Below are positions 11,025 to 20,115 of a stretch of 64,000 bases of DNA, piece by piece. Where the stretch lies: contig CAXXLZ010000002.1 in assembly GCA_963675595.2 (NCBI GenBank), forward strand, positions 3,136,001 through 3,200,000, in the 5' to 3' direction. A model generated the notes under the pieces. It made no database searches. It was given only the letters and a program-made list of their open reading frames with translations, and was not told the origin of the DNA. The DNA comes from Thermodesulfobacteriota bacterium (GTDB taxonomy: Bacteria; Desulfobacterota; Desulfarculia; JACQYL01). The position numbers and the translations under genes are program-made. The first letter of the stretch is position 1, and every line of letters begins with the position of its first letter.

Positions 11025-11279
11025 CTATCTCCTTTCTCCCCACAAAACGAACGGTCCACCTCCCTCACGCCAATATTCCCAGGCAAGGTTCATGAAGAAC
11101 TTCCTTTTTTCGGCATTACGGGATGCCATGGCCGCCTCACGCCGATGGAGCGCCCTTGCGAGGTTGAAATACCCCATGGAATCGATGCTATGACCGTTGG
11201 TGACGATAAGGAGATAGTCCTCTTCCTCAGGAGCAAGTCCGTCCGGCAAAAGTCCCCTTCCTTCGGCCGGGTCGGTCAT
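11025..11279 (-). CDS. Small hypothetical protein (84 aa)
   Basis: Purine-rich RBS (AAGGAAAGGAAG) immediately before ATG; protein-like composition; no family recognised. Confidence 0.5.
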   Translation of the reverse strand: MTDPAEGRGLLPDGLAPEEEDYLLIVTNGHSIDSMGYFNLARALHRREAAMASRNAEKRKFFMNLAWEYWREGGGPFVLWGERR

Positions 11280-11580
11280 GAGCTTCCTTTCCTTGAGGAA
11301 GGCCGCATTTCATTCGGCCTCCACCCGGTGGTGGGAACGTGTGCAACGTTCCTCACCACCCTATAGGGTGTACACTGCTTCACGCAGCCTGGCACTGAAA
11401 TCCTTGGCAACGTAAATGAATATTATGTCAAAGGTTCCAAAACCTTTTAAAAAGAAGTAATTGCCGATTCCCAGCTTAATACAAGCGTCTTCCAAGGGTG
11501 ATCTAACATTTAATTCTTGCCCCTGTAGGGAGCGGCTATGGAGGCGAAGGTCTTAACTGCGCTTTGTGAATAAATTCTCA

Positions 11581-11609
11581 TTGACCTCGTCTTGTATAGA
11601 CGTTAAGCT
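11581..11609 (+). promoter_or_regulatory. Sigma70-type promoter of the riboswitch/TonB receptor transcript
   Basis: TTGACC-N17-TAAGCT, ending 11 nt before the riboswitch P1 stem. Confidence 0.7.
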
Positions 11610-11620
11610 GCTCGACAAAT

Positions 11621-11774
11621 GTTGAAGGAGCCCTAACGGGCTGGACGGGGAAGACGGTGTGAATCCGTCACGGTCCCGCCGCTGTAAACGGGGACGAAAG
11701 CCGCAAGGAAGCCACCGATGATCGGGAAGGCGCGGCGAGTAGGCCGATCCGGAAGTCAGAAACCCGCCTTCAAC
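11621..11774 (+). ncRNA. Cobalamin (AdoCbl) riboswitch
   Basis: P1 GTTGAAGG/CCTTCAAC; core GGGAAGACGGTGTGAATCCGTCACGGTCCCGCCGCTGTAA; GCCAC...GGGAAGG; B12-box AAGTCAGAAACCCGCC; lies upstream of a TonB receptor. Confidence 0.95.
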
Positions 11775-11975
11775 CGAGAGATCCGTTTTGGCCTGCGCGT
11801 ACTACAGGCTCAGCGGTGCCACTCCTTTGACAGGCTGTTGAAAAGCGCGATCCGAGGCATTGTGCCCCATCGTTTTTCCGGCCTGTATCTGTGTCGGTCC
11901 TTTTTGTAACCGGGCCGTCAAGGATCATTGCGGCGGATCTGTCAGGGGTGGCCAAGTAAAATGGGTGCAGTCCCC

Positions 11976-12002
11976 CCGGCACGTATGTGCCGGTTTTTTT
12001 TT
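11976..12002 (+). terminator. Intrinsic terminator/attenuator in the riboswitch leader
   Basis: CCGGCAC-GTAT-GTGCCGG followed by nine T, between the aptamer and the CDS. Confidence 0.75.
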
Positions 12003-12210
12003 GCTTGAACAACGGGCACATACGAATCGCGGTGGCGGAAGACCGGGACGTCGCGTACGGCGAACCGGTGTTCCGCATCGATTCACTTCAAGTCGCCCGT
12101 GACGTTCATGTCGAAGCCGGAGGCGCAGCCCGGCGCTCCCCATGGTCCGGGCGAATCCTCTGTTGTCGCTGTGTTGTGGTTGAGGACGTTTGTCTTGAGT
12201 TGAACCGCCC

Positions 12211-14379
12211 ATGAAGGGGGCACCCATGAAGGAGGAAAGCGCCGTGAGAAAGGGAATGCAGGGATTCATCAACCGGACGATGCTGCTCGCATCCATGCTG
12301 TTCATGTTGTTTGGACTTTCGCTCGCATCCGCCGTGTACGCGGAAGAAACCCGGGAGGAAGGCGTTTCGAAACACGTAACCTTGGCCCCGGTGGTGGTCT
12401 CGGCCACCAAGACCGAAGAAAACACCATGGAGGTGCCATTTTTCGCGACGGTGATCACCCGGGATGATTTTGAAAAGATGGGGGCCCAGACCATCGAGGA
12501 AGCGCTGCGCAGCGTGCCGGGCCTTCAAATCGGCACCCAGGGCAACGCCTATCCGCACATCGAGGTACGAGGTTTCCGAGACACCAAGGACCTGGCCGTG
12601 CTCATCGACGGCATCCCGTTCCGGCAGGTCAACGGGTCGGCGGACTTCACCATGCTGCCTTTGGGCATCGTGGAAAGGATCGAATTCATCAAAGGGCCCT
12701 CTTCGTCCATTTGGGGCCGAGGCGCCGTTGCCGGAGTGCTGAACATCGTCACGAAACCGGACGACGTGTCCAAACTGCAGGCCAAAGTGCAGGCCGGCGG
12801 CGGCAGTTTCGGTACGTTTCGCGGAGACGGACGCGGGATTCTGCCGTACGAAGACGGCTACCTCATGTTGAACGTGGGCGGGTCCATCAGCGACGGTTTC
12901 CAGGACGGCACGGACCGGGACGCCGGCAATGTGCTGCTGCAACTGTCCCACAACTTCACCCGCAAGTTCGGTGTGGAGGCTCAATATCTCTTTTCCAGCG
13001 TGAATGCGAATCGTGGTTCCATTATTCCTCTGATTGACGGGGAACCCGCATACGGAGTGGAGGTGGACGACAATTTCGGTATCGACGACGCGAAATATGA
13101 CGGTCAATATCATTCCCTCACCGTATCACCCAGGCTGGAACTGCTCCCCGGTCTGGTGCTGAAAGACAGCGCCTCCGTGACGCATTTCGACCGTTTCGCC
13201 ACCGGAGGCATCACCATTACCCCCACGACCAGGACCAAAGGGTGGTGGGAAACGGACTCTGCGCAGACAAGCGTACACAACGACCTGAATCTGACCTGGA
13301 ATCAGGCCTTCGGAGGATTCGACAACACGCTGCTCGTCGGCAACTATCTCGAATTCGGGGATGAGGAGCAGAAGAGTCCCAGCTATTCCGGCGCGCCCAC
13401 CTACGGTCCTCCGGACTGGCAAACCCCGCTCAGCAACGTGGACAATCCCGCCAAAGGAAACAAGGGCGCCACAACCCGGAGCGACTTCGACCAAACCATT
13501 GTGAGCTTCTATATCCAGGACCGCATCGAATACGGTCCCCTGTCGTTGTTGGCCGGTGTGCGATATGATCATTTCGACGAAGAGCTGCGCCGGTCCAACC
13601 AGGACGTTGTTGCGGAACAGTCCGACAGCGCCTGGAGCCCCCGCTTCGCGGCGGACTGGAACTTCTATCGCGGGGAAAAGACCCAACTGGCCCTCTTTGC
13701 CAACTATGCCGAAGGCTTTCGGACCCAGTTCCCTTCTTTGAGCACGAAAAACGGCGTGACGTTACCGAACCTGCTGGATCCCGAAGAAACCGAAAGCTAT
13801 GAAGGTGGCTTGAAGGTAACGGCCCTGGACGGAAACCTCTTCGGCCAGATCGGGGTCTTCAGAACCGAAAAGAAAGGACCGCGCTCCTTCCGCACCAGTG
13901 AGGACGATTTTCTCTTCACCAACGCCCGCACTCGGGTGGACGGCGTGGAAACCGAAGTTCGTTATCGCTTCAATGAGATGTTCAATCTTTGGGCGCATTA
14001 CGCCTATCACGACGCGCACTATCTCGAATTCAAGGATTCCAGCGGAAACTCCTTCGAGGGTTACCGGGTCCGTATGTCGCCTCGGCATATCGCCGGCGCG
14101 GGTGCGAATTTCTTCTACCAGGGGTTCAACTGGAACGTGTCCTGGAACTACACGGGAAACCGGAACCTGCGTGACAATACGGTGGACGAGCCTCAAAACC
14201 TGCCGTCGTACAACGTGGTCAATACGGCCATCGGGTATACGTTCCTCAAGTACGAGATTCAGTTCGTGGTCAACAACCTCTTCGACGAGTACTACATTTC
14301 CGACGATTTCTCGTCCCAGGAGGCGGGCTGCGCCGGAGCTCCCCTGAACTTCTTCGTTTGGCTGAAAGCCGAATTCTAG
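12211..14379 (+). CDS. TonB-dependent outer-membrane receptor, B12-riboswitch controlled (BtuB-like role)
   Basis: Signal peptide; TonB box TLAPVVVSAT; plug motifs IEVRGF, VLIDG, ERIEFIKGPSSSIWG; C-terminal Phe. Exact start (12211/12226/12256) uncertain. Confidence 0.92.
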   Translation: MKGAPMKEESAVRKGMQGFINRTMLLASMLFMLFGLSLASAVYAEETREEGVSKHVTLAPVVVSATKTEENTMEVPFFATVITRDDFEKMGAQTIEEALRSVPGLQIGTQGNAYPHIEVRGFRDTKDLAVLIDGIPFRQVNGSADFTMLPLGIVERIEFIKGPSSSIWGRGAVAGVLNIVTKPDDVSKLQAKVQAGGGSFGTFRGDGRGILPYEDGYLMLNVGGSISDGFQDGTDRDAGNVLLQLSHNFTRKFGVEAQYLFSSVNANRGSIIPLIDGEPAYGVEVDDNFGIDDAKYDGQYHSLTVSPRLELLPGLVLKDSASVTHFDRFATGGITITPTTRTKGWWETDSAQTSVHNDLNLTWNQAFGGFDNTLLVGNYLEFGDEEQKSPSYSGAPTYGPPDWQTPLSNVDNPAKGNKGATTRSDFDQTIVSFYIQDRIEYGPLSLLAGVRYDHFDEELRRSNQDVVAEQSDSAWSPRFAADWNFYRGEKTQLALFANYAEGFRTQFPSLSTKNGVTLPNLLDPEETESYEGGLKVTALDGNLFGQIGVFRTEKKGPRSFRTSEDDFLFTNARTRVDGVETEVRYRFNEMFNLWAHYAYHDAHYLEFKDSSGNSFEGYRVRMSPRHIAGAGANFFYQGFNWNVSWNYTGNRNLRDNTVDEPQNLPSYNVVNTAIGYTFLKYEIQFVVNNLFDEYYISDDFSSQEAGCAGAPLNFFVWLKAEF

Positions 14380-14497
14380 ACTGGTGAAAAACGCGATCTG
14401 CGGCGTTGCGCTTCATCCCTCGTCACTGCGGCGTACTTCTATGTACGCCTTCCTCGGGATTCGCGTGCCTTGCATGTCATCGTTTTTCACCAGTCTA
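14377..14497. mobile_element. 121-bp MITE-like element with 17-bp terminal inverted repeats
   Basis: TAGACTGGTGAAAAACG (14377-14393) and CGTTTTTCACCAGTCTA (14481-14497), TA at both ends, no coding capacity. Confidence 0.75.
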
Positions 14498-14559
14498 TGG
14501 CAGCCGGCCTTTTTCAACGGTCTGTAAGCGTATCGTTTCAGAACTTCATTTCAATCCAA

Positions 14560-15205
14560 GGCCGCTCCGCCTGTGGCGGTGCGGCCCTGCTCAAAAGTTT
14601 GCGGGGGGTTCGGGGGGCGCTTTTTCCAAAAGCGCCCCCCGGTGATCCGATGCGGGGGTTTTGTCGTTGGGATTGTGTGGATTCAATGCTTGTAGGGGAA
14701 CGACAACGCTTCCCGAGCGGGGGCGTGAGGGCGCGCTTGGAGCAGAAAATCCGTATCCGATCCATCAGTAAAGCAGGATAATCTTTTGTGTAAGGTCTTT
14801 TCAGAGACGTTCCGCACCGGACCGGCCGCTCCGCCCGCGGCGGTGCGGCCCTGCCAAAAAGTCTTACGGGGGGTTCGGGGGGCGCTTTTTCCAAAAGCGC
14901 CCCCCGGTGATCCGATGCGGGGGTTTTGTCGTTGGGATTGTGCGGATTCAATGCTTGTAGGGGAACGACAACGCTTCCCGAGCGGGGGCGTGAGGGCGCG
15001 CTTGGAGCAGAAAATCCGTACCCGATCCATCAGTAAAGCAGGACAATCTTTTGTGTAAGGTCTTTTCAGAGACGTTCCGCACCGGACCGGCCGCTCCGCC
15101 CGCGGCGGTGCGGCCCTGCTCAAGAGTTTTACGGGGGGTTCGGGGGGCGCTTTTTCCAAAAGCGCCCCCCGGTGATCCCACGGAAGGATATTGTCGTTGG
15201 GATTG
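14560..15205. repeat. Tandem repeat, about 2.4 copies of a 264-265-bp unit with palindromic hairpins
   Basis: Units start 14560, 14824 and 15089; each carries GGGGGGCGCTTTTTCCAAAAGCGCCCCCC; full units also carry a GTAG-type motif GTAGGGGAACGACAACGCTTCCC; copies differ at a few positions. Confidence 0.92.
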
Positions 15206-15254
15206 CACGCGTGCACCGAAACAACGCGGCTTTCCGGGCGCGCTCCTTCTTTGG

Positions 15255-16469
15255 ATGGTCGTGCTGTGCGCCTTGGCTGCGACGTGGGGATGCCGACCGG
15301 CGCCCAAGGATGATGTGGAACTGACCTGGGCCGTGAATCAGCACGAAACCCGTTCGGACGCCGTGACTCAGTTTGAACGGGAGAACCCGGGCATCCACGT
15401 CCGTATCCGACCCATCAGCGATCCCAGGCAGCTCTTTTTGCAGAGCCTTTTCGGCGACGCTCCGGACGTGATCACTTTTTTTCAGGCGGATTTCTTTCAG
15501 AACTTCGCCGTGAACGGACTGCTGCGGCCCTTGGACTCGAAGGATTACGAGCCCTGGCCGTTCTATGCCGGGTTGAAGGACTACTGCTTCCGGCGGAAGG
15601 ATGGAGCCCTCATGGCGCTGCCCCAGGTGGCCTATCCGTATGTGCTTTATTTCAATCCGGATTGGGTTTCTCGAGAAAAGGCCGCGACGGTCCACACCTG
15701 GGAGGACCTCGGACTCTTGGCAGGCTCCGTAGATCCAGGGCGAAACAGCGCGGGAAAGAAGGTCTTCGGCCTGGACATCCAGAGCGACGCCATCTGGTTC
15801 CTCACCTGGTATCTTCAGAGAGGAGGCCGGTTGTTTCGGGAGGACGGGGAAAAACCGGCTTTGGACCGACGCAAGGCGGTGGCGACCCTGGAGGCCATGC
15901 AACAATGGCGGTCCGTTCCGGGGTTGGTTCCCGAGCCCGGCGATCGGCTGAATCTGCCCTCCAAGGGGTCGAGTCAAGGCGTTTTGGGCAGCCTGTTCTT
16001 GCAGGGGCGAGCGGTTTTCTACTGGTCGGGCAGCTGGAAAATCTACGACTTCGTCCATCAGAACCGGGTGCGTTGGGGTGTTCTTCCTCTGCCCGCCGGT
16101 CCGGCCAACGATTTGACCATCCTGGGGTGCAACTCCTTTGGAGTGTGCTCCCGATCCGCCCATCCCAAGGAGGCGGAACGGTTCGTTCGTTATCTGTCCG
16201 GCCTGAAGGGACAGGAGCGCCACGCGCGGCATTCGATTTTCATGCCCGCCAATCCCGCGTGCCCCGTTCCCGGTGAATACTCGGTATTGAAGGATCAGAT
16301 CGGCCGAGCCCGGACGTTGGAATACGGCTCCGGGTTCAACGAAGCTCGGATGAAACACGCCGTGGAACAGATGCTGGAAGCCCACCGGCTGGGGTTCGTG
16401 GGGGCCGAAGCGTCCATTGATCGACTGATGCGGGTTCTTTCGCAGGAATCTACAGGTCCGCGGCCATGA
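15255..16469 (+). CDS. ABC transporter substrate-binding lipoprotein, family 1 (carbohydrate/CUT1 type)
   Basis: Lipobox ATWGC; motifs FERENPGIHV, GDAPDV, ALP...LYFNPD, FLQGRAVF. The track start 15051 lies inside the repeat; ATG 15255 is the first non-repeat start. Confidence 0.85.
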   Translation: MVVLCALAATWGCRPAPKDDVELTWAVNQHETRSDAVTQFERENPGIHVRIRPISDPRQLFLQSLFGDAPDVITFFQADFFQNFAVNGLLRPLDSKDYEPWPFYAGLKDYCFRRKDGALMALPQVAYPYVLYFNPDWVSREKAATVHTWEDLGLLAGSVDPGRNSAGKKVFGLDIQSDAIWFLTWYLQRGGRLFREDGEKPALDRRKAVATLEAMQQWRSVPGLVPEPGDRLNLPSKGSSQGVLGSLFLQGRAVFYWSGSWKIYDFVHQNRVRWGVLPLPAGPANDLTILGCNSFGVCSRSAHPKEAERFVRYLSGLKGQERHARHSIFMPANPACPVPGEYSVLKDQIGRARTLEYGSGFNEARMKHAVEQMLEAHRLGFVGAEASIDRLMRVLSQESTGPRP

Positions 16470-17350
16470 AGGCATTTCACGATCAACGAGGAATGCTGTA
16501 CGTACTCCCTCTGTTGACGGGAGTGGTTCTGTTTACCGTGGTTCCGGGCGTCATGGCCGTTTACCTGTCCTTTTGCCGGTGGAGCTTCACCACGTCCCCC
16601 GAATTCATCGGCTTGTGGAATTATCGAAAGCTGCTGGGTTTGGGCGGTACCGCCCCGGACCCGCTCTTTGTGCAGGCCCTCGTCAACACGCTGATCATTG
16701 CGTCCATGGTTCCTTTGCAGGTGGCGGGAAGCTTTCTGCTGGCCGTTTTTCTGCAGCATCGGAATCCGTGGGGGCAATTCCTACGCCTCATCGTGTTCCT
16801 TCCCACCCTGGTGAGCCCCGTGGCGCTGTTCATTCTTTGGCGATGGATTTTCAATGCGGATTTCGGGTTGATTTCCCTGGCCCTCGGCAAGGCGGGGCTC
16901 GCGGGACCGGCCTGGTTGGAGGACCCGACTTGGTCCAAGCCGGCCGTGATGCTGGTCCTGCTCTGGGAATCGGTGGGGAGTTTTCAAATGCTGTTCTTCC
17001 TGGCGGCCCTGCGGCAGATTCCCGGACAATTGCACGAAATGGCTCGATTGGACGGTCTGGGTTTTTTTCATAAGGCCCGGGCCGTGTACTTTCCCTGGCT
17101 CAAGAAAGCGGCCCTGTTCAACGGATGCCTCGGGTTGCTGGGGGCCCTGCAGGGCGGTTTCGAAATCACCTATATCATGACCGGCGGAGGACCCGTGGGC
17201 TCCACCACCACCCTGTCCTTGTACCTGTTTCAGAATGCCTTTGAATGGGAACGGGTGGGATATGCGTCGGCCGTGGGCGTCGCCATGTTGGCGCTCGTCT
17301 CGCCTCTGCTCCTGGCGGCCGGGCTGCTGCGCGGAAAGCGTCCGCAGTGA
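16466..17350 (+). CDS. Carbohydrate-type ABC transporter permease (MalF/UgpA-like)
   Basis: Multiple TMs; FIGLWNY; EAA-like loop LRQIPGQLHEMARLDG; IMTGGGP; ATGA overlap with the SBP stop. Confidence 0.9.
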   Translation: MKAFHDQRGMLYVLPLLTGVVLFTVVPGVMAVYLSFCRWSFTTSPEFIGLWNYRKLLGLGGTAPDPLFVQALVNTLIIASMVPLQVAGSFLLAVFLQHRNPWGQFLRLIVFLPTLVSPVALFILWRWIFNADFGLISLALGKAGLAGPAWLEDPTWSKPAVMLVLLWESVGSFQMLFFLAALRQIPGQLHEMARLDGLGFFHKARAVYFPWLKKAALFNGCLGLLGALQGGFEITYIMTGGGPVGSTTTLSLYLFQNAFEWERVGYASAVGVAMLALVSPLLLAAGLLRGKRPQ

Positions 17351-18333
17351 CCCTGGAAATCGGAAATCGCATGGATCGAAACCCCATCCAAGAGGTCGTA
17401 AACGGAAAGACATTCCGTTCAGGCCCCATGGCACGGCGAGTCCTCGTCGCGAGCGTGGGTCTGCTCATCGTGATAGTCTATGTGGCTCCCTTTCTGTGGA
17501 TGCTGTCCACCTCTCTCAAGACCAATGAGGCCCTGTTCGACGATTCGGGATTCCTGAGCCGTTTTCTGCCGCAACCGTTCCAATGGAACAACTACGGCGA
17601 ACTCTTTTCGCAGATTCCCTTCGCCCGATACCTGGTCAACAGCCTGGTCGTGGCGGCGTGCGGCGCAATGCTGGAAACCGCCGTGTCCACACTGGCCGCT
17701 TTCGGGCTGAGCAGGGTGCGATGGAAGGGCGGCGGGCCGGTGTACGGCATGATCTACCTTTCCTGGTTGATTCCCTTCTCCGTCATCATGATTCCCAGGT
17801 TCCTGATGTTCGCCTATCTCCCTCAATGGCTGTGGCCGTCGGAATTCTGGAACGCCTCACGGGTGATTCCCCTGGCCGGGGTGGAAATCGAAATCGGCCG
17901 CCTCGCCGGCCTGGACTCCTTCGCAACTCTCATCCTGCCGGCAAGCGTGTCCGTGGGAGCCGCTTTTCTGCTCATGACCGCCATGAGCCGTGTGCCCGTA
18001 CCCTTGCTCGAATCCGCCTACCTCGAATCCGGTTCCGTGTGGCGGGTCTTCCGGGATATCGTGGTTCCCTTGGTGAAACCCACCATCATCACCGTGGCCT
18101 TTATCGCCTTTTTGTCCTCCTGGCAGAGCTTCACCTGGCCTCTCCTGGTCACTTCGAGCCTGGAAATGCAGACCGCTCCCATCGGCTTGAGAGCCTTTCA
18201 GGCCCTGCATTCCACCCAATGGTCCCTATTGATGGCGGGAAGCGTGATCCTGACCCTGCCGTCCATCTTCCTGCTGTTTACGGCTCAACGCTACGTCATC
18301 GATCGATATGAACTGACGGACCTGGATGATTGA
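17347..18333 (+). CDS. Carbohydrate-type ABC transporter permease (MalG/UgpE-like)
   Basis: PFLWMLSTSLK, WNNY, NSLVVA, EAA-like VPVPLLESAYLES, WQSFTWPL; GTG start overlaps the upstream stop. Confidence 0.9.
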   Translation: MTLEIGNRMDRNPIQEVVNGKTFRSGPMARRVLVASVGLLIVIVYVAPFLWMLSTSLKTNEALFDDSGFLSRFLPQPFQWNNYGELFSQIPFARYLVNSLVVAACGAMLETAVSTLAAFGLSRVRWKGGGPVYGMIYLSWLIPFSVIMIPRFLMFAYLPQWLWPSEFWNASRVIPLAGVEIEIGRLAGLDSFATLILPASVSVGAAFLLMTAMSRVPVPLLESAYLESGSVWRVFRDIVVPLVKPTIITVAFIAFLSSWQSFTWPLLVTSSLEMQTAPIGLRAFQALHSTQWSLLMAGSVILTLPSIFLLFTAQRYVIDRYELTDLDD

Positions 18334-18857
18334 GTGGGGGGCGCTTTTGGAAAAGCGCCCCCCACGCCCCCCGTAAAACGTTCAAGAGTGGACGCACCGC
18401 CTGGGGCGGAGCGTCTCGTACCCCCACAATGGTGCTTCTTCGCCCGTTTGGGAGAAGTAAGAGCCGTTGGAAGTTAGCAAGGCAGCCGATTCCTCCCTCA
18501 GGCTCTCCGCCGAAGGCGGCGAAGCGGCGCTCAAGGGTTTTGCAGGGGGTCCGGGGGATGCTTTTCCAAAAGCATCCCCTGGAATGATGAATGGTCGGTT
18601 TATGATGGTGGGGGGCGCTTTTGGAAAAGCACCCCCCACGCCCCCCGTAAAACGTTCAAGAGTGGACGCAGCGCCTGGGGCGGAGCGTCTCGTACTCCCA
18701 GAATTAAACGTCTTAGCCCATTTGGGAGATGTATGGAACGTTGGAAATTAGCAAGGCAGCCTATTTCTCCCTCAGGCTCTCCGCCGGAGGCGGTGAGGCG
18801 GCGTTCAAAGGTTTTGCAGGGGGTCCGGGGGATGCTTTTCCAAAAGCATCCCCCGGA
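18334..18857. repeat. Two tandem copies (period 274 bp) of a ~250-bp element with hairpin-forming, imperfectly inverted ends
   Basis: Copies start 18334 and 18608; left end GGGGGGCGCTTTTGGAAAAGCGCCCCCC, right end GGGGATGCTTTTCCAAAAGCATCCCC; left ~80 bp resembles the reverse complement of 15089-15170. Confidence 0.9.
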
Positions 18858-18938
18858 AATGAAATGAATAAAAAATTCTTCTCTATGCTTTCTTCAAGCC
18901 CGGCAACGGTTGTTGCGGCGGGAAATTTGGATGATGGT

Positions 18939-20063
18939 ATGAACGGTCTCAGACTGGCGGATGTTTCGAAGATATATGGAAGCGGGAAAGAGGGAGGTGT
19001 GGTTGCGGTCCGGGGATTGAGCCTGGACGTGAACCGGGGGGAGTCCCTGGTGATTTTGGGGCCGTCGGGTTGCGGCAAGACCACCATGTTGCGCTTGATT
19101 GCGGGGTTGGAGCAGTTGACCGGAGGAGATATTTTGCTGCACGGTCGTTCCCTGACGAATGTGCCTCCCCATCGGCGTCCCCTGGCTTTGGTGTTCCAGA
19201 ACCATGCGGTGTACCCTCACATGACGGCGGAGCGGAACCTGACCTATGCCCTGCGGGTGCGTAGATTCGACGCGGGAACCATCCGTAGACGACTGGAAGA
19301 GACGGCCGGCCTGCTGCGGATCAGTGGTGAGGAACTCCGGCGCAGACCGTCGGAACTGTCCGGAGGCCAGAAGCAGCGGGTGGCTTTGGGGCGGGCTCTC
19401 ATGCTTCGCCCCGAACTGCTGCTGCTGGACGAGCCCTTTTCCCAGTTGGACCAGCAACTGCGGGTGGAACTCCGGTCTGAACTGCGCTCCATACGCAAAG
19501 CCGTGGATTCCACCCTGGTGGTGGTGACTCACGATCAGGCGGACGCCGCGGCTTTAGGGGATCGCATCGCGTTGATGAATCATGGGCGGATCGAACAGGT
19601 CGGCACGGCGCGGGATTTGTACCGCCGTCCGGACAACCTGTTTGTGGCCAAGTTCATGTCTCCGCCTCCCATGAACCTGATTCGGGGGGTGATCGAGCAA
19701 CGGGAAGACCATTTGTTTTTTCGAGAGGAGGTCTCGGGGGTCGTGTCTTTCCAGCTTACGCCTGAGCAGCAAAGGAGCCTGGAAGCGCACGGCGGCCGAC
19801 ACGTCATTGCGGGGGTCAGGCCCGACGGGATTTCTTTGAAAGCGTACTCGGATTCGGAGGGAACGACTTTGCGGGGTTGCGCAAAGATCACGGCGGTGGA
19901 AGATACCGGCGCGGCCGTTTGGGTGACGCTGAACACCGGGACTCACCCCATGCGTTGCGAGGCGTCTCCGGAAGATTGCGTCGCCGTGGGAGATCGCGCG
20001 GCGCTCATGATCGACGCGTCGGAAGCGGTGTTCTTCGATCCGGTGAGTGAACAAAGGATGTAA
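18939..20063 (+). CDS. ABC transporter ATP-binding protein (MalK-like, C-terminal TOBE/OB region)
   Basis: Walker A GPSGCGKT, signature LSGGQKQRVAL, Walker B LLLLDEP, H-loop VTHDQ; track start 18729 lies in the repeat. Confidence 0.92.
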   Translation: MNGLRLADVSKIYGSGKEGGVVAVRGLSLDVNRGESLVILGPSGCGKTTMLRLIAGLEQLTGGDILLHGRSLTNVPPHRRPLALVFQNHAVYPHMTAERNLTYALRVRRFDAGTIRRRLEETAGLLRISGEELRRRPSELSGGQKQRVALGRALMLRPELLLLDEPFSQLDQQLRVELRSELRSIRKAVDSTLVVVTHDQADAAALGDRIALMNHGRIEQVGTARDLYRRPDNLFVAKFMSPPPMNLIRGVIEQREDHLFFREEVSGVVSFQLTPEQQRSLEAHGGRHVIAGVRPDGISLKAYSDSEGTTLRGCAKITAVEDTGAAVWVTLNTGTHPMRCEASPEDCVAVGDRAALMIDASEAVFFDPVSEQRM

Positions 20064-20089
20064 GCATTCACGGGGTGGACTCGTCTATT

Positions 20090-20115
20090 GTAGGGGCAGG
20101 CCATAGTGCCTGCCC
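20090..20115 (+). repeat. GTAG-type REP-like palindrome after the ABC operon
   Basis: GTAG-GGGCAGGC-CATAGT-GCCTGCCC. Confidence 0.5.

Noticed and set aside
11982-12024. CGTATGTGCC / GGCACATACG pairing as an antiterminator
   Set aside because: The partner strand lies downstream of the U-tract, so it cannot prevent termination co-transcriptionally
14560-15205. Possible CRISPR array
   Set aside because: Whole 265-bp units repeat including the would-be spacers, and no cas genes are present
14406-15307. Overlapping short ORFs (GALFPKAPP-type peptides) here and at 18330-18860
   Set aside because: They are translations of the palindromic repeats, not genes
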